Of a stretch of 64,000 nucleotides of DNA, positions 1 through 9,763 are shown piece after piece. Numbering within the stretch: position 1 is the first letter of the stretch; each line of letters begins with the position of its first letter. The DNA is taken from sequence record PZ445427.1; one strand, written 5' to 3'. The DNA comes from a phage. Under the pieces are notes generated by a model. It saw only the letters and a list, made by a program, of their open reading frames with translations, made no database searches and was not told the origin of the DNA. Made by a program: the position numbers and the translations under genes.

Positions 1-1317
1 ATGAAAGTCTCTAGAGACTATATTAACACCACAGATGTTATTGACTTTGGTATTGACAAACGATTTTTCCGTCTGCCGGTCTCTAGCATTCTAGCTCAAG
101 AGGGGATTACACCTAATGCCCCTCAGATTGCAATTATTAATGCATTGGAAGACCCAAGACACCGTTTCGTGACTGCATGTGTATCACGTCGTGTAGGTAA
201 GTCATTCATCGCATATACACTTGGGTTCTTAAAACTTCTGGAACCCAATGTGAAGGTGCTGGTAGTTGCACCTAACTACTCACTGGCTAACATTGGTTGG
301 TCACAGATTCGTGGTCTTATTAAGAAGTATGGATTACAGACTGAACGTGAGAACGCCAAAGATAAAGAGATTGAACTAGCGAATGGTTCTCTCTTTAAGC
401 TGGCTTCTGCGGCGCAGGCTGACTCCGCGGTTGGTCGTTCGTATGACTTCATCATCTTTGACGAAGCAGCGATTTCCGATGTTGGTGGTGCAGCTTTCGA
501 TATTCAGTTACGTCCTACCCTAGATAAGCCAAACTCTAAAGCTCTATTTATCTCTACTCCTCGTGGGGGTAACTGGTTCAAAGAGTTCTATGAGAAAGGA
601 TTTAACGAAACACTACCTAATTGGGTATCTATTCATGGTACATATCGTGATAACCCACGTGCTGACCTGAACGATATCGAAGAAGCGCGTCGTACTGTTA
701 GTAAAAACTATTTCCGTCAAGAATATGAGGCTGACTTCTCCGTATTCGAAGGTCAGATCTTTGATACCTTCAATGCTATCGAGCACGTTAAAGACCTCAA
801 AGGTATGCGTCACTTCTTTAAAGATGATGAGGCTTTCGAAACATTACTTGGTATCGACGTTGGTTATCGTGACCCTACAGCAGTTCTTACTATCAAGTAT
901 CACTATGATACTGATGTTTATTACGTACTAGAAGAGTATCAGCAGGCTGAAAAGACTACAGCTCAACACGCTGCTTACATACAGCACTGTATAGATCGTT
1001 ATAACGTTGATCGTATATTTGTAGACTCCGCTGCTGCTCAGTTCCGTCAGGACTTGGCATATGAACATGAAATCGCTTCTGCTCCTGCTAAGAAATCTGT
1101 CCTAGATGGTCTGGCATGCCTACAAGCACTGTTCCAGCAAGGTAAGATCATCGTAGATGCTTCATGTACCTCATTGATCCACGCCCTAGCGAACTACAAG
1201 TGGGACTTCCAGGAGGGCGAAGAGAAATTATCACGTGAAAAACCACGTCATGATGCGAACTCTCACCTTTGTGACGCACTGCGTTATGGAATTTACTCAA
1301 TTTCCCGTGGGAAATAA
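1..1317 (+). CDS. terL: Terminase large subunit; ATG sits at window position 1, so the true start may lie upstream
   Basis: 438 aa, the same length as I recall for T5 TerL; N-terminal P-loop-like motif VSRRVGKS with acidic DE residues downstream; lies immediately upstream of the portal gene. Confidence 0.8.
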   Translation: MKVSRDYINTTDVIDFGIDKRFFRLPVSSILAQEGITPNAPQIAIINALEDPRHRFVTACVSRRVGKSFIAYTLGFLKLLEPNVKVLVVAPNYSLANIGWSQIRGLIKKYGLQTERENAKDKEIELANGSLFKLASAAQADSAVGRSYDFIIFDEAAISDVGGAAFDIQLRPTLDKPNSKALFISTPRGGNWFKEFYEKGFNETLPNWVSIHGTYRDNPRADLNDIEEARRTVSKNYFRQEYEADFSVFEGQIFDTFNAIEHVKDLKGMRHFFKDDEAFETLLGIDVGYRDPTAVLTIKYHYDTDVYYVLEEYQQAEKTTAQHAAYIQHCIDRYNVDRIFVDSAAAQFRQDLAYEHEIASAPAKKSVLDGLACLQALFQQGKIIVDASCTSLIHALANYKWDFQEGEEKLSREKPRHDANSHLCDALRYGIYSISRGK

Positions 1318-1431
1318 ATAAGTATAGGATGGGATACTACTCAGTTGGTATCCCATTCCTGCATTTTAAAATCCCCTTTACAAATTCGACATGATTATGT
1401 ATACTATATTCATACAGTTGAGGAGAATACT

Positions 1432-1869
1432 GTGGCAGGAAATGTAAAATATAAACGTGATGCTATATCACTCATGCGAGACGGTATAAAAAGTCAATAT
1501 AAAAAAGCCGATCGCTGCGAAATCTGTGGTTGTGGTGAAGAATTAGAGCTTCATCATTACCATACAGTGTCTCTACTAGTTAAAAAATTTGCTAAAGAAC
1601 TCCAATTGGATTTCACTGACGAAGAAACAGTCCTCTCAAATAGGACGGCATTCTATGAAAGATATAGGCATGAGCTAGTAGATGACACTGTTACCCTTTG
1701 TGTCCACCATCACCAACTATTACATAAGGTGTACACTAAAGAACCTCCCCTTTTCTCTGCTAATAAGCAGAAGGCATGGGTTCTTAAACAAAAGGAAAAG
1801 CTACAGAATCCTCAAGAAAAGACACAAGTCAAGACTGAAACTAAATCAGGATTCGCAAGGTTCTTATAA
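1432..1869 (+). CDS. HNH endonuclease (homing-endonuclease-like) between terminase and portal
   Basis: Cys/His motif CEICGCGEELELHHYH...CVHHHQLLH typical of HNH nucleases; ORF track starts at a TTG at 1345; an in-frame GTG at 1432 follows a GAGGAG RBS with 6-nt spacing; stop overlaps the portal ATG. Confidence 0.6.
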   Translation: MAGNVKYKRDAISLMRDGIKSQYKKADRCEICGCGEELELHHYHTVSLLVKKFAKELQLDFTDEETVLSNRTAFYERYRHELVDDTVTLCVHHHQLLHKVYTKEPPLFSANKQKAWVLKQKEKLQNPQEKTQVKTETKSGFARFL

Positions 1870-3086
1870 TGGGTTTAAAAAGCTGGATTACTGAAAAGCT
1901 AAATCCGGGTCAACGTATTATAAGAGACATGGAACCAGTTAGTCATCGCACTAACCGTAAGCCATTTACCACTGGACAAGCCTACAGTAAGATTGAGATT
2001 CTCAACCGAACTGCTAACATGGTTATCGATAGTGCGGCGGAGTGTTCTTATACTGTCGGAGATAAATATAATATTGTCACGTACGCTAATGGCGTCAAGG
2101 CAAAGACTCTAGACACTCTCTTAAATGTACGACCTAATCCATTCATGGATATAAGCACATTCCGTAGACTTGTAGTCACTGACCTACTTTTTGAGGGTTG
2201 TGCATACATCTATTGGGATGGCACAGCACTTTACCATGTCCCTGCTGCACTAATGCAAGTAGAGGCAGATGCCAATAAGTTTATCAAAAAATTCATATTT
2301 AATAACCAGATAGACTATCGCGTAGATGAGATTATCTTTATAAAGGATAACAGTTACGTGTGTGGCACAAACTCCCAAATTTCTGGACAATCTCGTGTTG
2401 CTACAGTTATTGACTCTCTTGAGAAGCGTTCTAAAATGCTTAACTTTAAAGAGAAGTTCCTCGATAACGGCACAGTGATTGGTCTTATTCTTGAGACGGA
2501 TGAAATCCTGAACAAGAAATTGCGTGAGCGTAAACAAGAAGAATTACAACTCGATTATAATCCTAGTACGGGTCAGTCTACTGTCCTTATTCTAGATGGT
2601 GGTATGAAAGCAAAACCGTACTCCCAAATATCCTCTTTTAAAGATCTAGACTTCAAGGAAGATATCGAAGGATTTAATAAATCCATCTGTCTTGCCTTTG
2701 GTGTTCCGCAAGTGTTACTTGATGGTGGTAATAATGCTAACATTCGACCAAACATCGAATTGTTCTATTACATGACTATCATTCCTATGCTGAACAAGCT
2801 GACTAGTTCTCTTACTTTCTTCTTTGGCTACAAGGTTACTCCTAATACTAAGGAAGTAGCTGCACTGACGCCAGATAAAGAAGCTGAGGCTAAACATTTA
2901 ACCTCTTTGGTTAATAACGGTATCATGACTGGTAACGAAGCTCGTGAAGAGCTTAACCTTGAACCTTTAGATGATGAGCAGATGAATAAGATTCGTATTC
3001 CTGCTAACGTTGCTGGTTCTGCAACAGGTATATCTGGTCAAGAAGGTGGTAGACCGCAAGGCACTGCCGAGGGGGATAAAGAATGA
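1869..3086 (+). CDS. Portal protein (T5 pb7-like)
   Basis: 405 aa, position directly after terminase/HNH and before the decoration and protease genes; size as I recall for T5 pb7 (about 403 aa). Confidence 0.75.
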   Translation: MGLKSWITEKLNPGQRIIRDMEPVSHRTNRKPFTTGQAYSKIEILNRTANMVIDSAAECSYTVGDKYNIVTYANGVKAKTLDTLLNVRPNPFMDISTFRRLVVTDLLFEGCAYIYWDGTALYHVPAALMQVEADANKFIKKFIFNNQIDYRVDEIIFIKDNSYVCGTNSQISGQSRVATVIDSLEKRSKMLNFKEKFLDNGTVIGLILETDEILNKKLRERKQEELQLDYNPSTGQSTVLILDGGMKAKPYSQISSFKDLDFKEDIEGFNKSICLAFGVPQVLLDGGNNANIRPNIELFYYMTIIPMLNKLTSSLTFFFGYKVTPNTKEVAALTPDKEAEAKHLTSLVNNGIMTGNEAREELNLEPLDDEQMNKIRIPANVAGSATGISGQEGGRPQGTAEGDKE

Positions 3087-3565
3087 TTGATTATGATGGT
3101 CTAAAGGCCATTTTTGGTGAAAAGCTGCCAGAATCTCATATCTTCTTTGCTACGGTTGCAGCACACAAGTTCGTTCCAAACTACGCTACTCTACGTAAAG
3201 AGTTTGGAATGACCACTGCACATACCAACCGCAAGGTTTGGAATAAGTTCAAAGAAGCATACGAAGTTACTGTTCCGGTTGTTCCGGCTCTAGCTTTCAC
3301 GAAGAATCTGGCTAAAACTCTAGCTGTTGATACTGGTGCAGCAATTAATCTGGGCGTAACAGTTACTGGTGGTACTGCACCATATACTTATGCTTGGACT
3401 AAGGACGGTTCTCCACTAAGTGGTGTTACTGGCCCTAATTTCAACAAAGCTACAGCTGCTGCAGAAGATGCTGGTACTTACAAAGTTGTTGTAACGGATA
3501 GTAAATCTACTTCTATTACTTCTAACGAGTGTGTAACAACTATCAACCCTGCGCCGGAGGCTTAA
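3083..3565 (+). CDS. Head decoration protein with C-terminal Ig-like domain (pb10-like)
   Basis: 160 aa; C-terminal part with Ig-like character (GTAPYTYAWTKDGSPL...GTYKVVVTD); located between portal and protease; ATGA overlap with portal. Confidence 0.6.
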   Translation: MIDYDGLKAIFGEKLPESHIFFATVAAHKFVPNYATLRKEFGMTTAHTNRKVWNKFKEAYEVTVPVVPALAFTKNLAKTLAVDTGAAINLGVTVTGGTAPYTYAWTKDGSPLSGVTGPNFNKATAAAEDAGTYKVVVTDSKSTSITSNECVTTINPAPEA

Positions 3566-3568
3566 TAA

Positions 3569-4201
3569 ATGACAAATGCTGCTATTGACTATAACAAGTT
3601 AAAATCAGCACCGGTTCATTTAGACGCTTACATTAAGTCTATTGATAGCGAATCCAAAGAGGGTGTTGTAAAAATCCGTGGATTCGCTAATACAATTAGT
3701 AAAGATCGCGCTGGTGACGTAATTCCTGCTTCGGCATGGAAAACGTCCAATGCACTTGCTAACTACATGAAAAACCCGATTATTCTTTTCGGCCACGACC
3801 ATCGTCGTCCAATCGGCAAGTGTATTGATCTTAATCCTACTGAAATGGGTCTCGAAATTGAATGCGAGATTTATGAAAGTTCTGATCCAGCTATCTTTTC
3901 ACTAATTAAAAACGGTGTACTGAAAACCTTCAGTATCGGATTCCGCTGCCTAGACGCAGAATGGGATGAAGCTACTGACATATTTATTATTAAAGATTTA
4001 GAACTATACGAAGTCTCGGTAGTTTCTGTACCTTGTAATCAGGACTCAACGTTCAACCTCGCTAAGAGTATGAATGGCCACGATTACACTGAATGGCGCA
4101 AATCTTTTACTGCAACAAGTTCTAAGGCTGTCCCAGCTCAAGAACGTAATCTTTCTGAACTAGAAAAACTTGCGATAGCTTTAGGCTACGTTAAAGAATA
4201 A
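3569..4201 (+). CDS. Prohead maturation protease (pb11-like)
   Basis: 210 aa ORF between decoration protein and major capsid protein; conserved His/Asp stretch FGHDHRRPIGK. Confidence 0.65.
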   Translation: MTNAAIDYNKLKSAPVHLDAYIKSIDSESKEGVVKIRGFANTISKDRAGDVIPASAWKTSNALANYMKNPIILFGHDHRRPIGKCIDLNPTEMGLEIECEIYESSDPAIFSLIKNGVLKTFSIGFRCLDAEWDEATDIFIIKDLELYEVSVVSVPCNQDSTFNLAKSMNGHDYTEWRKSFTATSSKAVPAQERNLSELEKLAIALGYVKE

Positions 4202-4218
4202 CGGAGAATTATTTAAAA

Positions 4219-5595
4219 ATGACTATTGATATTAATAAGCTGAAGGAAGAACTTGGTCTGGGTGATCTGGCTAAATCTCTGGAAGGTCTGACTGCTGCTC
4301 AGAAAGCTGCGGAAGCTAAGCGTCTGCGTGAAGAGCAGGAAGAAAAAGAACTGGCTCGTATGAACGACCTAGTATCTAAAGCTGTTGGTGAAGACCGTAA
4401 GCGTCTGGAAGAAGCTCTGGATCTAGTTAAGAACCTGGACGAGAAGTCTAAGAAGAGCGCAGAACTGTTTGCACAGACTGTAGAAAAGCAACAGGAAACT
4501 ATCGTTGGTCTTCAGGACGAAATTAAGTCTCTGTTGGCAGCTCGTGAAGGTCGTTCCTTCGTTGGTGATAGCGTAGCTAAAGCTCTTTATGGCACTCAGG
4601 ATGCTTTCGAAGATGAAGTTGAGAAACTGGTTCTTCTGTCTTATATGATGGAGAAGGACGTATTCGAAACTGAACACGGTAAGGCTCACGTTAAAGCTGT
4701 TAACGGTTCTTCTTCCGTTTCCATGTCTAGCGAAGCATACGAAACTATCTTCTCTACCCGTATTATCCGTGACCTGCAGAAGGAACTGGTAGTTGGTGCA
4801 CTGTTCGATGAACTGCCAATGTCCAGCAAAATCCTTACAATGCTCGTTGAACCAGAAGCTGGTCGTGCTACTTGGGTAGATGCTTCCAAATTCGGTACTG
4901 ACGAAACTGTTGGTGACGAAGTTAAAGGTCAACTGACTGAAATCAGCTTCAAAACTTACAAGCTGGCTGCTAAGTCCTTCATCACTGATGAAACTGAAGA
5001 AGATGCAATCTTCTCCCTGCTGCCTCTGCTGCGTAAGCGTCTGATCGAAGCACACGCTGTTTCTATCGAAGAAGCTTTCATGTCCGGTAATGGTACTGGT
5101 CAGCCTAAGGGTCTGCTGAAACTAGCTGCTGATGATGGTGCTAAGGTTGTTACCGAAGCTAAAGCTGACGGTTCTGTTCTGGTAACTGCTAAGACTATCT
5201 CCAAGCTACGTCGTAAACTGGGCCGTCATGGTCTGAAACTGAGCAAACTGGTACTGATCGTATCTATGGATGCTTACTACGATCTGCTGGAAGATGAAGA
5301 ATGGCAGGATGTTGCCCAGGTTGGTAATGATGCTGTTAAACTGCAGGGTCAGGTTGGTCGTATTTATGGTCTGCCAGTTGTAGTTTCTGAGTACTTCCCA
5401 GCTAAAGCTGCTTCCGCTGAATTCGCAGTTATTGTTTATAAAGATAACTTCGTAATGCCGCGTCAGCGTGCTGTTACTGTTGAACGTGAGCGCCAAGCTG
5501 GCAAACAGCGTGATGCATACTACGTTACTCAGCGTGTTAACCTGCAACGTTACTTCGAAAACGGCGTTGTATCTGGTGCGTACGCTGCATCTTAA
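4219..5595 (+). CDS. Major capsid protein precursor with N-terminal coiled-coil scaffolding domain (pb8-like)
   Basis: 458 aa; N-terminal about 150 aa is charged coiled coil (KRLREEQEEKELARMNDL...), the rest HK97-like; host-like codon usage (ctg, cgt, gct) consistent with high expression; followed by a strong intrinsic terminator. Confidence 0.8.
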   Translation: MTIDINKLKEELGLGDLAKSLEGLTAAQKAAEAKRLREEQEEKELARMNDLVSKAVGEDRKRLEEALDLVKNLDEKSKKSAELFAQTVEKQQETIVGLQDEIKSLLAAREGRSFVGDSVAKALYGTQDAFEDEVEKLVLLSYMMEKDVFETEHGKAHVKAVNGSSSVSMSSEAYETIFSTRIIRDLQKELVVGALFDELPMSSKILTMLVEPEAGRATWVDASKFGTDETVGDEVKGQLTEISFKTYKLAAKSFITDETEEDAIFSLLPLLRKRLIEAHAVSIEEAFMSGNGTGQPKGLLKLAADDGAKVVTEAKADGSVLVTAKTISKLRRKLGRHGLKLSKLVLIVSMDAYYDLLEDEEWQDVAQVGNDAVKLQGQVGRIYGLPVVVSEYFPAKAASAEFAVIVYKDNFVMPRQRAVTVERERQAGKQRDAYYVTQRVNLQRYFENGVVSGAYAAS

Positions 5596-5614
5596 TACAG
5601 GCTTTTCAGCCGAT

Positions 5615-5642
5615 AAGGAGAGCTTCGGCTCTCCTTTTTTAT
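5615..5642 (+). terminator. Rho-independent terminator after the major capsid gene
   Basis: Hairpin aaggagagc-ttcg-gctctcctt followed by a run of six T. Confidence 0.75.
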
Positions 5643-5657
5643 TGGGAAAAATAAATG
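5635..5657 (+). promoter_or_regulatory. Conserved 23-nt element TTTTTTATTGGGAAAAATAAATG (copy 1), ending in the start codon of the next late gene
   Basis: Identical 23-mer recurs at 10656-10678; degenerate variant near 14410-14430; no Shine-Dalgarno sequence in front of the ATG. Confidence 0.5.
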
Positions 5658-6167
5658 CAAATCATCACTGTTGAAGATTATAAACTATATGGGAATTTAA
5701 AACGTCCTGATATGGAAACTCAGGTTGAGATGATGATTAAAGCTGCCAATACGCTGATTACAAGCCTTCTAGGTATGGATGATGCAGATGCGGTAGATCA
5801 ATTAATCACCACAAAACCTAGCCGTAGGAAATATTTCCTGAGTTCTCCTTCAGCCACATCTATTACAAAGATGACTATTAACGAGAATGAAATAGATCCG
5901 GAACAGTTTAAACTGTATCCTGATGGTGTTATTCTCCTTAAGTTTAATCCTCCTGAAGGATATATGGATGTAGAGTATACTCAAGGTGGTTTCAATCCAA
6001 TGCCTGAAGATCTTAAACTGGCAGCATGTCTGTTAGTAGATCACTGGCATAAGCAAGATTATCGTCAAGCCAAGACTATTGGTGGTGAGACAGTTACGTT
6101 TAACAATACTAAGTCTGGTATTCCAGAACATATTCGTACAATCATCGAAGTCTATAGGAGAGTGTAA
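5655..6167 (+). CDS. Head completion / head-tail connector protein (putative)
   Basis: 170 aa ORF directly downstream of the major capsid protein in the late operon; function assigned by synteny only. Confidence 0.45.
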   Translation: MQIITVEDYKLYGNLKRPDMETQVEMMIKAANTLITSLLGMDDADAVDQLITTKPSRRKYFLSSPSATSITKMTINENEIDPEQFKLYPDGVILLKFNPPEGYMDVEYTQGGFNPMPEDLKLAACLLVDHWHKQDYRQAKTIGGETVTFNNTKSGIPEHIRTIIEVYRRV

Positions 6168-6934
6168 TGGCTCTTTCTGATCTAGCTAGACAAATTATTA
6201 AAGAGCAGCTAGATACTGCAGGACGATCTGAGAATAATAAGAATACTGTTGTATATACAGTTGAGACTGGTTTGAAGGATCCTACAAGAGATGGCACAGT
6301 TGCACAGGTATCTTTCAAATTCTCAAAACCAGTATCACAAGACTTATTAAATGTTAGGACAGCATCTATACTGAAGGCTGTTTCTTCTAACTTAGATCTT
6401 TCTGGTGATTTAGGCGCTCTAGAGAATTTAATTCAAGCAACCGCAGGTAAACGTTCTGCTGTAGGTAAAAAACGTTCTACCGGTAGAGTTCAGGTAAACT
6501 TTGGAGATCCTAGAGATACTGAAGATGGCTATTCAGGTGCAGTAACAGGTGCTTCCGGTCGTTTCGTATCAAATAGTAACATGCGTGCTATTCTTGAGAT
6601 AGTAGCTAAGGAATACTTAATCAAGGATATGAAAAAAGCAGGGGCACCATTGAAGTTCAGAACTGGTCGCTTTGCTAACTCCTTAAAGATTAAAGATGTT
6701 ATGTTACGTGATGCAGAAACTAGTAAAGGTGCTCCAGAGCTGAATGTGACGTATAACTATATGGTTCGTCCTTACTCTGTGTTCAACCCCGCAGTTTCTA
6801 CATATCGAAGACTTTCTCTACGACCTTACCCTGGCGCTCGAAACCCTCAAAAACTTATTGGGGAAGCAATCGCAAAAGCTGCAAGAGACCTGATTCACTC
6901 TAGATATAAAATCAAGGTTAATCAAGGAACCTAA
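6167..6934 (+). CDS. Neck / tail completion protein (putative)
   Basis: 255 aa, ATGA-coupled to the upstream gene; function by synteny only. Confidence 0.4.
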   Translation: MALSDLARQIIKEQLDTAGRSENNKNTVVYTVETGLKDPTRDGTVAQVSFKFSKPVSQDLLNVRTASILKAVSSNLDLSGDLGALENLIQATAGKRSAVGKKRSTGRVQVNFGDPRDTEDGYSGAVTGASGRFVSNSNMRAILEIVAKEYLIKDMKKAGAPLKFRTGRFANSLKIKDVMLRDAETSKGAPELNVTYNYMVRPYSVFNPAVSTYRRLSLRPYPGARNPQKLIGEAIAKAARDLIHSRYKIKVNQGT

Positions 6935-6937
6935 TAA

Positions 6938-7423
6938 ATGGATCACAGAACAAGTATTGCACAAGCAGTGGTTGACCGAATCGCCACACAAATGGATGGT
7001 TCACAACCTGACGAGTATTTCAATAACCTTTATGGAAACGTTTCTCGTCAAACTTATAAATTCGAGGAAATCCGAGAATTTCCTTATGTGGCAGTCCATA
7101 TCGGAACTGAAACTGGGCAGTATCTTCCCTCAGGCCAACAGTGGATGTTTTTAGAACTTCCAATCCTCGTGTATGACAAAGAGAAAACAGATATTCAAGA
7201 GCAACTTGAAAAACTCGTAGCTGACATAAAAACCGTCATTGACACAGGTGGAAATTTAGAATATACTGTTAGTAAACCTAATGGATCGACCTTCCCATGT
7301 GAGGCAACTGATATGAGCATCACCTCAGTAGCTACAGATGAGGGTCTACTGGCCCCATATGGTTTAGCGGAAATAAATGTAACAGTGAGGTATCAGCCAC
7401 CTCGTAGGGCACTTCGCAGATAA
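6938..7423 (+). CDS. Tail completion / tail terminator protein (putative)
   Basis: 161 aa ORF immediately upstream of the tail tube gene. Confidence 0.4.
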   Translation: MDHRTSIAQAVVDRIATQMDGSQPDEYFNNLYGNVSRQTYKFEEIREFPYVAVHIGTETGQYLPSGQQWMFLELPILVYDKEKTDIQEQLEKLVADIKTVIDTGGNLEYTVSKPNGSTFPCEATDMSITSVATDEGLLAPYGLAEINVTVRYQPPRRALRR

Positions 7424-7449
7424 GTTACAGATTAGGAGAATATAAATAA

Positions 7450-8859
7450 ATGTCTTTACAACTATTACGTAATACTCGAATCTTCGTGTCTACGGTTAAG
7501 ACTGGTCACGATAAGACCAACACGCAAGAGATTCTAGTTCAAGATGATATTTCTTGGGGTCAGGACAGTAACTCAACCGATATTACTGTTAACGAAGCTG
7601 GTCCGCGTCCAACTCGTGGTTCAAAACGTTTCAACGACTCCCTGAACGCAGCTGAGTGGAGTTTCTCTACTTACATCCTGCCTTACTTAGATAAGACTAC
7701 TAGTAAGCAGATCGTTCCGGACTACATGCTGTGGCATGCTCTTTCTAGTGGTAAGCCTATCAACCTAGATGGCGATACAGGTGCTCACACTAACGAAACT
7801 AACTTCATGGTTAACTTTAAGGATAACGCATACCACGAGCTGGCAATGCTACATATTTACATCCTTACTGATAAAGCATGGAGCTACATCGATTCCTGTC
7901 AGATCAACCAGGCTGAAGTAAACGTTGATATCGAAGATATAGGTCGTGTAACTTGGTCAGGTAATGGTAACCAGCTGATCCCTCTGGACGCTGCTCCATT
8001 TGATCCTGATACTGTGGGTATTGATGATGAAACTTACATGACTATCCAGGGTTCTTATATCAAGAACAAACTGACTATCCTCAAAATTAAGGATATGGAT
8101 ACTGGTAAGGCATATGACATTCCGATCACTGGTGGTAGCTTTACAATTAACAACAACATCACCTATCTGACTCCTAACGTCATGTCCCGTGTTAACATCC
8201 CAATCGGTTCATTTACTGGTGCATTCGAGTTAACTGGTTCTCTGACCGCTTATCTTAACGATAAAGCTCTAGGTTCTATGGATCTGTATAAAGATCTGAT
8301 TAAGACCCTGAAGGTAGTTAACCGTTTCGAAATCGCTCTAGTACTTGGCGGTGAATATGATGATGAGCGCCCAGCCGCTGTTCTAGTTGCTAAGCAAGCT
8401 CACGTTAACATCCCAACTATTGAGACTGACGATGTACTTGGTACTTCTGTAGAGTTCAAAGCAATTCCTACTGATCTGGATACTGGTGATGAAGGTTATC
8501 TTGGTTTCTCTAATAAGTACACCAAAGCTACTATTGCAAATCTGATTGCAACTGGTGACGGTGGTAAAGCAGCTCCGGTTAAGGTAACAGGTATTACTGT
8601 TAAATCTGCGGGTGATGCAACTTCCGTCGAGAATAGTGCAACTCTTCAGATGACTGTAGATGTTTTACCTGCCGAAGCTACTAATAAGGAAGTAACTTGG
8701 TCTATTTCCTCTGGTACTGCTGCCACTATTGATGCAACTTCTGGGTTACTAACCGCTGATGCTTCTAAGACTGGTGCAGTTACTGTGAAAGCTGTAGCTA
8801 AAGATGGTTCTGGTGTAGAAGGTACTAAGAGCATTACAGTTACTGCTTCTGGTGGCTAA
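7450..8859 (+). CDS. Tail tube protein with C-terminal Ig-like (BIG2-type) domain (pb6-like)
   Basis: 469 aa; RBS AGGAG upstream; C-terminal about 90 aa with Ig-like features (VTGITVKSAGDATSVENSATLQMTVDVLPAEATNKEVTWSISSG); sits before the chaperone and tape measure genes. Confidence 0.7.
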   Translation: MSLQLLRNTRIFVSTVKTGHDKTNTQEILVQDDISWGQDSNSTDITVNEAGPRPTRGSKRFNDSLNAAEWSFSTYILPYLDKTTSKQIVPDYMLWHALSSGKPINLDGDTGAHTNETNFMVNFKDNAYHELAMLHIYILTDKAWSYIDSCQINQAEVNVDIEDIGRVTWSGNGNQLIPLDAAPFDPDTVGIDDETYMTIQGSYIKNKLTILKIKDMDTGKAYDIPITGGSFTINNNITYLTPNVMSRVNIPIGSFTGAFELTGSLTAYLNDKALGSMDLYKDLIKTLKVVNRFEIALVLGGEYDDERPAAVLVAKQAHVNIPTIETDDVLGTSVEFKAIPTDLDTGDEGYLGFSNKYTKATIANLIATGDGGKAAPVKVTGITVKSAGDATSVENSATLQMTVDVLPAEATNKEVTWSISSGTAATIDATSGLLTADASKTGAVTVKAVAKDGSGVEGTKSITVTASGG

Positions 8860-8863
8860 TTAA

Positions 8864-9763
8864 ATGTACTACTCTCTAATGAGGGAGTCAAAAGTTATAG
8901 TTGAGTATGATGGCAGGGCTTATCATTTTGATGCCCTGTCAAATTACGATATCAATACGTCCTATGAGGAATTTAAAACTCTTCGTAGGACTATCCATCG
9001 TAGAACCAACTATGCTGACTCTATTATTAATGCACAAACTCCATCTTCAATATCGCTGGCTATAAATTTTAGTAATACCCTTACTGAAGCTAACTTCTTT
9101 GAATGGATGGGCTTTGACCGAGAGGGTAACACATTCCTACTACCACTTTATAGTACAAATATTGAGCCAACAATGTTTAATATATACATAGTTAATAAAG
9201 ATAATAACTGTGTGTATTTTGAGAATTGCTATGTATCTACTGTAGACTTTTCTCTAGATAAAAGCGTTCCTATTCTAAACGTAGGAATTGAATCTGGTAA
9301 GTTCTCTGAGGTGTCTACTTTTACTCCTGCTGGTTCTATTGTTCAGGGTGAAGTTATGTCATATAGTCCTCCTAGAGTATCTACTAACAGTAACGTTTTA
9401 CCGGCTCTTTTATCCGCTTCTATGTCATTCCAGCAACAATGTTCTTGGAGAGAAGATAAAAGCGTATTTGACATAAACAAAATATATAATAATAAGAGAG
9501 CTTATGTTAATGAGATGAATGCTTCGGCAACAATTGCATTTTACTACACCAAGCGATTTGCTGGTGATATGTTTTATAATATTGAACCCGAAACTGACAT
9601 ACCATTAACCATCCGAAATGAACATATTTCGATTGACTTTCCTTCAGCACGTATAACAAAACGCCTACAATTCTCGGATATATACAGAGTTGAATGGGAT
9701 GTAATCCCTACTGCAGACTCTGATCCGGTAAGAATCGACTTCTTTGGAGAAATAAAGAAATGA
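8864..9763 (+). CDS. Tail protein (T5 p140-like, putative)
   Basis: 299 aa ORF between tail tube and tail assembly chaperone genes; assigned by position only. Confidence 0.45.
   Translation: MYYSLMRESKVIVEYDGRAYHFDALSNYDINTSYEEFKTLRRTIHRRTNYADSIINAQTPSSISLAINFSNTLTEANFFEWMGFDREGNTFLLPLYSTNIEPTMFNIYIVNKDNNCVYFENCYVSTVDFSLDKSVPILNVGIESGKFSEVSTFTPAGSIVQGEVMSYSPPRVSTNSNVLPALLSASMSFQQQCSWREDKSVFDINKIYNNKRAYVNEMNASATIAFYYTKRFAGDMFYNIEPETDIPLTIRNEHISIDFPSARITKRLQFSDIYRVEWDVIPTADSDPVRIDFFGEIKK

Noticed and set aside
4423-5055. 210-aa antisense ORF inside the major capsid gene (similar antisense or nested ORFs occur at 2250-2897, 27685-28752, 30195-31029, 34340-36155, 44456-47202, 51146-52115 and elsewhere)
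   Set aside because: They lie entirely within long, motif-supported genes on the opposite strand or in another frame, have no RBS or promoter context, and are low-complexity translations of the complement of codon-biased sequence.
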